Assembly: GCA_044340075.1 (NCBI GenBank)
Contig: JBIIUH010000001.1
Span: 1-55,922, forward strand
DNA from: Ilumatobacteraceae bacterium
GTDB lineage: Bacteria; Actinomycetota; Acidimicrobiia; Acidimicrobiales; Ilumatobacteraceae
Direction: 5' to 3'
Length of the DNA stretch: 55,922 nucleotides
The position numbers and the translations under genes were made by a program. The notes under the pieces were generated by a model. It worked only from the letters and a program-made list of their open reading frames with translations. It did not search any database and was not told the origin of the DNA. This document shows, one piece after another, positions 47,302-55,587 of the stretch. Numbering within the stretch: the stretch's first letter is position 1; the number at the start of each line of letters is the position of its first letter.

Positions 47302-49298
47302 GAACGGCAATCCGAACCCTCGTCGGTGCCGTCGTTGTTGCTCTCGTTGCCGCCGTCGCACCGGCTACCCCGGCCGCGGCAAACACCCCGGCGCGGCTCG
47401 AGGTCATCGGTGGGGCATTCCACGTCCGTGCCGGCGTCACCGCCTCGCTGCGTATCGGTGCATCGGGCGATCAGGCGTTCCTTGCCGCGGTGGGTCAAGC
47501 GTCGACGCGGATCGTCGTCTCGGCGAGCGTGCCGCTCGTGCGACGCAGGGACGTCGCCGCGGTCGCACGGGGTGCGACACCCGACGTCGAGAGCACACTC
47601 GAGTTGCCGGTGCGGGCACTCAGCCTCGAGCAACGTGACGGCATCACGGCGTGGCGATTGAACGTCGCTACCTCGGCGTCCCGCGACTCCGACCGTCTCG
47701 CTCTGCGCAGCGACGGAGTACGTCTGCTCACCGTCGACATCACCACCCGCGACGGAGTCGTCGCACGTGCACGCACGTTCCTCAACGTCGTCGGCTTCCG
47801 CGCGTCGTACACGCGCCTACCCGTGTCGATGCTCGCGTCGGTGACCTCACCGACCACGCTCCAACCCGACGGCTCTTTCGCCGTCGCCGACGACGTGCGC
47901 ACCCGCCTGCAGAAACTGCGCGACCTGCTGTTCATCGTCGACGACCGCTTCCCCGTCTCCGTCCATATCACTCCGGAACTCCTCGACGGTCTCAGTCGGG
48001 CCACGGACGACGTCGACTCACGGTTGTGGCTCGACTTGCGCGGACTTCTGCAGGGCGCCGACGTCCTCACGAATACGTACCGCAGTTTCGACCCGACGGC
48101 GGCAGCGGCGGCGAAACTCGATGCGCAGTTCCTCGATCAGTTGCAGCGCGGTGAAACGGTCGTTGCCGGACAAACGGGATCGAGCGTCGTCCGCCGCGGG
48201 ATGTGGGTGACGCAAGACCCCGTCGACGTACGCGGTGCGCGCCTTTTGCGCAAAAGCGGCGTCAATGCCGTCACCGTGTTCGGTACGGCAACCGACGCCC
48301 TCGGCGATCTCGACAACTACGTGCGTCCGTACCGCATCTCCTTCGACGGAACCGGTCTCGCCGTGTACTCACCCGAACCCCGTTATGCCGAACTGCTCGA
48401 CGCACCGATCGGAGGTGCCTTCGAAACGGCGATCGCCCTCGTCGCCGAACTGCACGCCCATCGGCAGGAGATTGCCGTTGCCGGCGGTGACTCGGCCGTT
48501 TCGACGCGACAGGTCATCCTCACCGGCCTCGACGGTCTGCCGAACGAACCGTTGGTCGCCGGCTTCGTCCTCAACCAACTCGGTCGTAGTCCGCTCGTCG
48601 AGGTGCGCGGGTTGTCGCTTGCCGCGAGTGCACTCGACGGACTCACATCGGTGCGTCTGCCCGACGTCACCCCCGTCGATCTCGCCGCAGTGCAGGCCGA
48701 GGTGAACGTCACTCTCGCATCGATCGACGAAGTGCGCTCGATGCTCGTCGGTGACCAACCGATGATCGAGTCATGGCTCAGCCGCGTCGATGTCGTCAAC
48801 GACACGTCACTCGCACCGGAGCGGCGCAACGACTACCTCAACGCGGTGAATGCCGAGATCGGCGCAATCCGCAACGCATTGCGGCTGCCGCGCGCCTCGT
48901 TCACGCTGGGCAGCAGGGAGAGCGACCTGCGCGTCACCCTCGCCAACGACACGGCGTACGACCTGTCGGTGCGCATTTCCTTCGCCAGTTCGCGCATGAC
49001 GTTCGACCGAGAGACGTTCGACGTCACCGTTCCGGCCCGCGCGACGAGTGAAGTGCTCGTCACCGTCACCGCACGGGCGAACGGATTGTTGCCCGTCGAC
49101 ATGACCCTCGCGACGCCGAGCGGACTGATCATCGACTCACAGCGCATCACCGTGCGCGTCAATGCCCTCGCCGGCCTCGGCCGGGGTGTGAGTGCCGTCT
49201 TTCTTGCTTTGCTCACACTGTGGTGGATCGTGCACCTGCGCCGCACCCGCCGCAAGAAGATGAGCCGCCACCACCCTGCACTACGCTCCACGCCATGA
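47298..49298 (+). CDS. Large secreted protein with a C-terminal TM anchor, function unknown (Rv3909/DUF6049-like by position and architecture)
   Basis: Signal peptide (LVGAVVVALVAAVAPATPAAA), a ~600-aa Ala/Val/Leu/Arg-rich ectodomain, and a terminal TM plus basic tail (VFLALLTLWWIVHLRRTRRKK). ATGA overlaps with both neighbours. Confidence 0.8.
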   Translation: MRTAIRTLVGAVVVALVAAVAPATPAAANTPARLEVIGGAFHVRAGVTASLRIGASGDQAFLAAVGQASTRIVVSASVPLVRRRDVAAVARGATPDVESTLELPVRALSLEQRDGITAWRLNVATSASRDSDRLALRSDGVRLLTVDITTRDGVVARARTFLNVVGFRASYTRLPVSMLASVTSPTTLQPDGSFAVADDVRTRLQKLRDLLFIVDDRFPVSVHITPELLDGLSRATDDVDSRLWLDLRGLLQGADVLTNTYRSFDPTAAAAAKLDAQFLDQLQRGETVVAGQTGSSVVRRGMWVTQDPVDVRGARLLRKSGVNAVTVFGTATDALGDLDNYVRPYRISFDGTGLAVYSPEPRYAELLDAPIGGAFETAIALVAELHAHRQEIAVAGGDSAVSTRQVILTGLDGLPNEPLVAGFVLNQLGRSPLVEVRGLSLAASALDGLTSVRLPDVTPVDLAAVQAEVNVTLASIDEVRSMLVGDQPMIESWLSRVDVVNDTSLAPERRNDYLNAVNAEIGAIRNALRLPRASFTLGSRESDLRVTLANDTAYDLSVRISFASSRMTFDRETFDVTVPARATSEVLVTVTARANGLLPVDMTLATPSGLIIDSQRITVRVNALAGLGRGVSAVFLALLTLWWIVHLRRTRRKKMSRHHPALRSTP

Positions 49299-50131
49299 CC
49301 GTTCGAATCGTCACCGACAGCGCCTGCGACCTGCCCCAGAAGCTCATCGACGACCTCGGGATCACCGTCGTCCCCCTGTCGATCCGGTTCGGAGACGAGG
49401 AATTCGTCGACCGTCGCGACCTCACCGTCGACGAGTTCTGGCGTCGCTGCCAGTCGGCCGACGTACTGCCGTCGACGGCCGCCCCGGCACCGGGTCAGTT
49501 CGCCGAGGCGTACCGCACGCTGGCGAACTCCGGGGCAACGGGAATCCTCGTCGTCAACATTTCCTCGAAGCTCTCGGCGACCATGCAAAGCGCCGAGCTC
49601 GGGGCGAAGCAGGCAGGAGTCTCGGTCCCCGTGGAAATCGTCGACACCGCATCGGCATCGATGGGCATCGGGCTCGTCGCCGTCGCGTGCGCGAAGGCGG
49701 CCCGCAGCGGTGCGTCACTCGGTGATCTCGTCGCTATGGCGAAGGACCTCTCCTCCCGCACGAAGGTGTGGGCGGCCCTCGACACCCTCGAAAACCTGAA
49801 AAAGAACGGTCGCATCGGCGGGGCGAAGGCGATGCTCGCCACCGCGCTGTCGATCAAGCCGATCATCACCGTTACCGACGGAGCCGTCGGCGAGGGTGGC
49901 AAGCAGCGCACGCGTGGCAAGGCACTCGCCTTCCTCGTCGATCGCGTCCGTGAAGCCGGACCGATCGAGTCACTCGCCATCCTCCATGCACAGTGCCCCG
50001 ATGTCGAGCAGTTCACCGCGATGATTCGCGAGGTGTACTCGGGAGACATCACCGTCGGCGACATCGGTGCCGTCATCGGTGCGCACGCCGGACCGGGAAC
50101 CATCGGCGTCGCGTTCCACGTCGCACGCTGA
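49295..50131 (+). CDS. DegV-family fatty-acid-binding protein
   Basis: IVTDSACDLP, STAAPAPG and SSKLSAT motifs typical of DegV. 278 aa from ATG 49295. Confidence 0.9.
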   Translation: MTVRIVTDSACDLPQKLIDDLGITVVPLSIRFGDEEFVDRRDLTVDEFWRRCQSADVLPSTAAPAPGQFAEAYRTLANSGATGILVVNISSKLSATMQSAELGAKQAGVSVPVEIVDTASASMGIGLVAVACAKAARSGASLGDLVAMAKDLSSRTKVWAALDTLENLKKNGRIGGAKAMLATALSIKPIITVTDGAVGEGGKQRTRGKALAFLVDRVREAGPIESLAILHAQCPDVEQFTAMIREVYSGDITVGDIGAVIGAHAGPGTIGVAFHVAR

Positions 50132-50237
50132 TCCTTCGTCACGACACAACGACGTAGCGTCGCGTCGTCCTCGTGTCACCGTGACGCAACGAGTCCCCCA
50201 TTCGCACGACGTGCACAACTAGCGTCGCTGTGCGATC

Positions 50238-51833
50238 ATGCCTGCACGCGAACTCGCCCCGGGATTCATCGGCGAGCGGTACCGTCTCGATCGACTCATC
50301 GCCCGCGGCGGCATGGCGGAAGTGTGGCTCGGTGAGGACACTTTCCTCAATCGTCGCGTCGCGGTGAAGGTGTTGCGGCCGCAAATCGCCGGCGACGAGG
50401 TGGCGATCGAACGCTTCCGGCGCGAGGCACTGGCCTGCGCAGCATTGAATCATCCGAACATCGTCGCCGTGTACGACTCGTTCGAACATGACGGGTACCG
50501 CGCGGTCGTCATGCAATACGTGCAGGGCAAGAGCCTGCGCGATCTCCTCGACCGCAAGAAGCGTCTCGGGCCGCAGCTGACGATCATGATGGGTGCGTCG
50601 ATCGCGGCAGCACTGCACGTCGCCCACGAGCACAACCTCGTGCACCGCGACGTGAAGCCGGGCAACATCCTCGTCACGCCCAGTGGACACTTCCTGCTCG
50701 CCGACTTCGGCATCGCCAAGCCGCTCGGCAGTGAATCGACGAGCGACCTCACGAGCGACAACATCATGATGGGTACGGCGAAGTACCTGTCGCCGGAGAT
50801 CGTGCGCGGCCGACCGCTCGACGGTCGGGCGGACCTCTACAGCCTCGGCATCGTCCTCTACGAATGCCTCGCCGGCAAGGTGCCGTTCCTCGGCGACAAC
50901 GACGCCGACACGGCACTCGCCCGCCTCCAACGCGAACCCACCGATCTCGGACATTTGCGCCCGATCCTGTCGCCGCAACTCGTGCGCGTCGTGCACCGGC
51001 TTCTCGCCCGCAACCCCGACCACCGCTACGCCACCGGTGAAGAGACGCGCAAAGCGTTGCTCGAGGCGATGACGGGTGAGCGGGACACGACGACGACGCT
51101 CACTCCCCCGGCCGGTACGTCACGTGTCGACACCGGAGAGCGCCCGCGCATCGGCACGCAGGACGTCACGCCCGGTACGCCGACGACCCGACGCAGCGAG
51201 GCGTTGCGGGCACGTCGCACGCCATCGTCGGCGCGCACGGCACTCTCGCATCCGCGGTGGCGATGGCTCGCCGGTGGCATCGCGGTCGCCGGTCTCGTCG
51301 CCGTCGCCGTGCTGCGCACGTCGGACACGGAGAACCTCGTCGTTCCGGAGACGGTTCCCGCCGTCGCCGAACCGACCGGACCGGTCGACATCGCCGAGAT
51401 CCACTCGTACGACCCGAACGGCGAAGACGGTCTCGAAAACGAGGAATTCATCGGGTTGCTCGTCGACAAGAACCCCGCCAGCGCATGGGCGACGTCGTGT
51501 TACGCCGACAAATACTTCGGCGCGAAGCAATCGGTGGGCATCGTCGTCAGTCTCACCCGGGCATCCACGGGAACGTTGCGGGTGAACTTCGCCAACGGGC
51601 CGTTCGGGGCCGACGTGTACACGATGAGCGGCGAGACCCCGGCGACGTTCGATGCCTGGACGACGAAGGTCGGATCGCTGTACAACACGCGATCCCAGGT
51701 CGTTCGCTTGTCGATCACCGAACCGGTCGATCGCATCCTCATCGCCCTCACCGAAATCGGTCGCAGCGATGCGTGCGGAACGCAGAATCCGTTCCAGGGA
51801 CGCGTCAACGAAGTCGCATTCGTCCCCAACTGA
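50238..51833 (+). CDS. Transmembrane Ser/Thr protein kinase with an extracytoplasmic beta-rich sensor domain
   Basis: Complete Hanks motifs (GGMAEVW, VAVKVL, HRDVKPGNILV, ADFGIAK, GTAKYLSPE), a Pro/Arg/Thr-rich linker, one TM (WLAGGIAVAGLVAVAVL) and a ~180-aa C-terminal ectodomain. Confidence 0.92.
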   Translation: MPARELAPGFIGERYRLDRLIARGGMAEVWLGEDTFLNRRVAVKVLRPQIAGDEVAIERFRREALACAALNHPNIVAVYDSFEHDGYRAVVMQYVQGKSLRDLLDRKKRLGPQLTIMMGASIAAALHVAHEHNLVHRDVKPGNILVTPSGHFLLADFGIAKPLGSESTSDLTSDNIMMGTAKYLSPEIVRGRPLDGRADLYSLGIVLYECLAGKVPFLGDNDADTALARLQREPTDLGHLRPILSPQLVRVVHRLLARNPDHRYATGEETRKALLEAMTGERDTTTTLTPPAGTSRVDTGERPRIGTQDVTPGTPTTRRSEALRARRTPSSARTALSHPRWRWLAGGIAVAGLVAVAVLRTSDTENLVVPETVPAVAEPTGPVDIAEIHSYDPNGEDGLENEEFIGLLVDKNPASAWATSCYADKYFGAKQSVGIVVSLTRASTGTLRVNFANGPFGADVYTMSGETPATFDAWTTKVGSLYNTRSQVVRLSITEPVDRILIALTEIGRSDACGTQNPFQGRVNEVAFVPN

Positions 51834-52009
51834 CACCGCACCAACGCGCAGGTTCGCGCGAGGCGCACGCACACTGCGGTTCACGTCACGACGTTCGTAC
51901 CGAATCGCACATCACCGTGACGGTGTGCGTTCGCGGGGAATCGACGTCCGTTAGCCTCAGCGACGTGGCCGACAATCCGCTCTCCGATCCGGAGTTGCCG
52001 CGCAAGGTG

Positions 52010-52297
52010 ATGGATGTCGTCGACCGTGCGGTCGACGTCGTGCGCAAGCGAACCACCCTTCCGGTCATCACGATCATCCGGGGCCTCGTCTTCGGCACGA
52101 TCGTCGTCGTCGTCGGTCTCGCCCTGGTGGTCGTCACGCTCATCGCGCTCGCACGCGGCGCACACGAACTGCTCGATATTTGGCTCGATCGGGCGACGGC
52201 GGTGTGGGTGTCGTACTTGGTGCTCGGTCTCGCCTTCGTCGCCCTGGGTGGAGTGCTCATGCGCAAACGGCGTAGCGTCTCCCCCGATACTCACTGA
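52010..52297 (+). CDS. Small membrane protein, function unknown
   Basis: Two strongly hydrophobic helices (PVITIIRGLVFGTIVVVVGLALVVVTLIAL, AVWVSYLVLGLAFVALGGVL). The start is ATG 52010 or GTG 51965. The opposite-strand ORF 51881..52300 looks non-protein-like. Confidence 0.5.
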   Translation: MDVVDRAVDVVRKRTTLPVITIIRGLVFGTIVVVVGLALVVVTLIALARGAHELLDIWLDRATAVWVSYLVLGLAFVALGGVLMRKRRSVSPDTH

Positions 52298-52350
52298 CAT
52301 CTACGAACCGTGCACCCGTGACGGGACGGCACACCACAAGGAGCAACACC

Positions 52351-53295
52351 GTGACGGCGAAGCGCAAAGTCATCATCATCGGTTCCGGTCCGGCCGGACT
52401 CACCGCGGCGATCTACACCGCCCGCGCCTCGCTTGCACCCCTCGTCATCGAGGGTGAGCCGTCCTCGACCTCCGACCAGCCGGGCGGGCAGCTCATGCTC
52501 ACGACCGAAGTCGAGAATTTCCCCGGGTTCCCCGAGGGTGTCCAGGGTCCCGAGCTGATGATGCGCTTCCGCGAGCAGGCGGCCCGATTCGGGGCCGAAT
52601 TCATCACCGAAAAGGCCACGAAAATCGACTTTTCGGGGGCTGTAAAGAAAGTGTGGGTGCGCGACACCCTGCACGAAGCCGATGCGATCATCGTGAGCAC
52701 GGGGGCGCGTTCGTTGATGCTCGGCTTGCCGAAGGAGAACGAGCTCATCGGTCACGGCGTGTCGACGTGTGCAACGTGCGACGGATTCTTCTTCCGCGGA
52801 CAGGAGATCGCCGTCGTCGGTGGCGGCGATTCGGCGATCGAAGAAGCGACGTTCCTCACCAAGTTCGCCACGACCGTGCACCTTCTCGTGCGTCGCGACA
52901 CGTTGCGAGCCTCGAAGATCATGCGTGACCGGGCGCAGAACAACCCGAAGATCAGCATCCACTGGAACACACAAGTCGCCGAGATCCACGGTGATTCGAC
53001 GCTCACCGGTCTCACAGTCGTCGACTCCGTGAGCGGCGAGAAGCGTCCCCTCAACGTCACCGGCTTGTTCGTCGCAATCGGCCACCGCCCGAACACCGAT
53101 CTGTTCTCCGGCGTGCTCGACATGGACGACACCGGTTACCTCGTCACCCGGCCCGGTTCGACGTACACGAACGTCTCCGGTGTCTTTGCCTGCGGCGACG
53201 TCCAGGATCACACCTACCGACAGGCGATCACCGCCGCGGGATCGGGATGCATGGCGGCGATCGACGCCGAACGCTGGTTGGAAAGCCACCACTAG
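52351..53295 (+). CDS. trxB: Thioredoxin-disulfide reductase
   Basis: GSGPAG FAD motif, redox-active CATCDG and GGGDSA NADPH motif. GTG 52351 lies 7 nt after AAGGAG. Confidence 0.95.
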   Translation: MTAKRKVIIIGSGPAGLTAAIYTARASLAPLVIEGEPSSTSDQPGGQLMLTTEVENFPGFPEGVQGPELMMRFREQAARFGAEFITEKATKIDFSGAVKKVWVRDTLHEADAIIVSTGARSLMLGLPKENELIGHGVSTCATCDGFFFRGQEIAVVGGGDSAIEEATFLTKFATTVHLLVRRDTLRASKIMRDRAQNNPKISIHWNTQVAEIHGDSTLTGLTVVDSVSGEKRPLNVTGLFVAIGHRPNTDLFSGVLDMDDTGYLVTRPGSTYTNVSGVFACGDVQDHTYRQAITAAGSGCMAAIDAERWLESHH

Positions 53296-53357
53296 TCGCG
53301 TCGCCGTGACGCACGTTGCGTCGCGGTGCCATCGACGGTCGCAGTAACCTCGAGGCC

Positions 53358-53687
53358 ATGGCAGCTGCTCCCGTCACTCTCACGACCGCAACGTTCGACG
53401 AAACCATCCGTGGTTCGTCGGTTCCCGTCCTCGTCGATTTCTGGGCCGAATGGTGCGGCCCGTGCAAGATGATCGATCCAGTGATCAAGGAAATCGCCGC
53501 CGAACAGGCGGGCAAACTCACCGTTGCAAAGCTCAACGTCGACGATCACGGCGACATCGCGTTGCGTTACAACGTCATGAGCATCCCGACGATGATCGTC
53601 TTCCAGAACGGTGCCGAAGTGAAGCGGCTCGTCGGAGCCAAGGGTAAGTCGGCTCTTCTTGCCGATCTCGCCGCATTCATCGGCTGA
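53358..53687 (+). CDS. trxA: Thioredoxin
   Basis: WAEWCGPCK active site. 109 aa from ATG 53358. Confidence 0.94.
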   Translation: MAAAPVTLTTATFDETIRGSSVPVLVDFWAEWCGPCKMIDPVIKEIAAEQAGKLTVAKLNVDDHGDIALRYNVMSIPTMIVFQNGAEVKRLVGAKGKSALLADLAAFIG

Positions 53688-53693
53688 GTCGTT

Positions 53694-53758
53694 TCGTCCA
53701 CAGCCTCATCCACAGGATGTGTGGAACCTCAACGTCCACCTCACCCTTGATCTCCACA
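53694..53758. promoter_or_regulatory. Cluster of DnaA-box-like TCCACA motifs between trxA and parB
   Basis: TCGTCCACA (53694), TCATCCACA (53706), TGTGGAACC (53720, inverted), ACGTCCACC (53732) and ATCTCCACA (53750). Each has 1-3 mismatches to TTGTCCACA. Confidence 0.3.
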
Positions 53759-53770
53759 AGACGGTGAGGT
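53738..53770 (+). terminator. Possible terminator hairpin between convergent trxA and parB
   Basis: ACCTCACC ... GGTGAGGT forms an 8-bp stem with a 17-nt loop, followed by TCTTCTC. The loop is large and the U-tract weak. Confidence 0.3.
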
Positions 53771-53805
53771 TCTTCTCGTGGTGATGTCACCACGGTGCGT
53801 AGTCG

Positions 53806-54702
53806 TCAGTCGAGGATGACCCGCGACAGACGCTCAAGGTCGTCGATATCCGCGAAGTCAATGACAAGTTGTCCACGCCGGGTCGTCCCCCGCGGCGGAT
53901 GCACCTGCACCCGAGTCGCCAGTTGTTCGCCGAGGAGTGCAGCAACTTCGGCATATGCCGCAGTCGGAACCACCGTCGCCGAACCGGGAGTCGACGATCG
54001 TGACGATGACGTCGTCGTCCCGCTGCGCGCCGACACGCCGTGGCTGTCAAAGACGGCTTGTTCCGTCGCCCGCACCGACAGACCTTCGGCAACGATGCGA
54101 GCGGCAAGACGCTCCTGCTCTTGGCGGGTCGCTACACCGAGCAGTGCCTTTGCGTGTCCGGCCGTGAGCCGCCCGTCAGCGACCAGCTGTTGCACGGCAA
54201 CGGGAAGGGTGAGGATGCGCAAGGCATTCGTGATTGACGTACGACTCTTGCCGACCCGCGTCGCCACTTGGTCATGCGTGAGGGCGAAGTCCTCGAGCAG
54301 CTGCTTGTACGCCGCCGCTTCCTCGAGTGGGCTGAGATCTGCTCGGTGAAGATTTTCCACCAAGGCTTGTTCGGCGCTGTTGACGTCGTCGGCATCGCGA
54401 ATGATCGCCGGAATGGCGCTGAGACCCGCTTTCTTCGCCGCGCGCAGACGGCGTTCCCCGGCAATGAGCTGGTATCGACCATCGGCGGACTTGCGCAGCA
54501 GGACCGGTTGAAGAACGCCGAGTGCGCCGATCGATGCGGCGAGTTCGTCGAGGCTCTCTTCGTCGAATCGTGTCCGCGGTTGGTGCGGATTGGGGTCGAT
54601 GAGCTCGACGGCGATCTGGGCGAATCCCTGCCCGGTTGGCGGCGTTGACCCGCCGGTCGGGATGAGTGCGGAAAGACCGCGGTTGCGATTCATTCCTGCC
54701 AT
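53806..54702 (-). CDS. parB: Chromosome partitioning protein ParB
   Basis: GLSALIP, the ParB box LIAGERRLRAAK and an HTH segment. ATG 54702 lies 8 nt after AAGGAG and overlaps the parA 3' end by 13 nt (ATG 54693 is an alternative). Confidence 0.94.
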   Translation of the reverse strand: MAGMNRNRGLSALIPTGGSTPPTGQGFAQIAVELIDPNPHQPRTRFDEESLDELAASIGALGVLQPVLLRKSADGRYQLIAGERRLRAAKKAGLSAIPAIIRDADDVNSAEQALVENLHRADLSPLEEAAAYKQLLEDFALTHDQVATRVGKSRTSITNALRILTLPVAVQQLVADGRLTAGHAKALLGVATRQEQERLAARIVAEGLSVRATEQAVFDSHGVSARSGTTTSSSRSSTPGSATVVPTAAYAEVAALLGEQLATRVQVHPPRGTTRRGQLVIDFADIDDLERLSRVILD

Positions 54703-55478
54703 GCGGCGATCTCCTTTGCAGCTTCGCGATACGCCTTCGCGCCGACCGATGACGGATCGAAGGTGATGACGGGTTTGCCGTAACTCGGTGCCTCAGCCAC
54801 GCGGACGGTACGCGGAATCACGGTCTTCAGGGTCTTCGGTCCCCACGTCGGATGCTTGCGCACCTCTTCGACGACGTCCTGGGACAACTTCGTGCGGGCG
54901 TCGTACATCTGGAGCAACACCATCGAGATGTGCAGGCGGGGATTGAGGTTCGCGCGGACAAGATCGACGTTCTGATCCAGCTGCACCATGCCTTCGACGG
55001 CGATGTACTCGCATTGCATGGGGACGAGAACCTCATCGGCAGCCGTGAGTGCATTGATCGTCAGCAAACCGAGCGACGGCGGACAGTCGATGAGCACGAA
55101 GCTGTAGTGATCCGCCACACCGTCAATGGCGCGGCGCAAACGCGTCTCACGCCCCATCATCGGTACGAGTTCGATCTCTGCACCGGCGAGGTTGAGGTTC
55201 GACGGCGCAATGAACAGCCCCCGAACGGCCGTTGCTTCGACACAATTCTCGAGGGGAAGGTCCTGCAACAACACGTCGTACACGCTCACCTGCAGTGATG
55301 CGGGGACGAGACCAAGGCTCGACGATGCATTTCCTTGTGGGTCGAGGTCAATAATGAGAACACGATGACCCAACTCCGCCAAGGCGGCGCCGATGTTCAC
55401 CGTCGCGGTCGTCTTGCCGACGCCGCCCTTCTGGTTCGCCATGGCGATGACTCGGGCGCGGGTCGAGGTGTCTGCCAC
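54690..55478 (-). CDS. parA: Chromosome partitioning ATPase ParA/Soj
   Basis: Deviant Walker A NQKGGVGKTT, then LIIDLDPQGNAS and IDCPPSLG motifs. Confidence 0.95.
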   Translation of the reverse strand: MADTSTRARVIAMANQKGGVGKTTATVNIGAALAELGHRVLIIDLDPQGNASSSLGLVPASLQVSVYDVLLQDLPLENCVEATAVRGLFIAPSNLNLAGAEIELVPMMGRETRLRRAIDGVADHYSFVLIDCPPSLGLLTINALTAADEVLVPMQCEYIAVEGMVQLDQNVDLVRANLNPRLHISMVLLQMYDARTKLSQDVVEEVRKHPTWGPKTLKTVIPRTVRVAEAPSYGKPVITFDPSSVGAKAYREAAKEIAAWQE

Positions 55479-55518
55479 ACCGCCAAACTACCCGTGTATC
55501 GGGGTTGAACGGGGGATA

Positions 55519-55534
55519 TGTTCCACGTGGAACA
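55519..55534. promoter_or_regulatory. parS site
   Basis: Perfect 16-bp palindrome TGTTCCACGTGGAACA in the parA-rsmG intergenic region. Confidence 0.85.
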
Positions 55535-55554
55535 TCACCCGACGATGTGTCAGC

Positions 55555-55577
55555 GGCGGCCGGGTTCTGGGGCCGCC
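55555..55577 (-). terminator. Possible rsmG terminator hairpin
   Basis: GGCGGCC-N9-GGCCGCC (7-bp GC stem) lies 10 nt downstream of the rsmG stop. There is no U-tract. Confidence 0.3.
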
Positions 55578-55587
55578 TGATCGTCAT

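Noticed and set aside
51881-52300. 139-aa minus-strand ORF between the kinase and trxB
   Set aside because: The translation is charged and low-complexity. The plus-strand frame over the same DNA encodes two clean hydrophobic helices and fits the surrounding plus-strand gene string.
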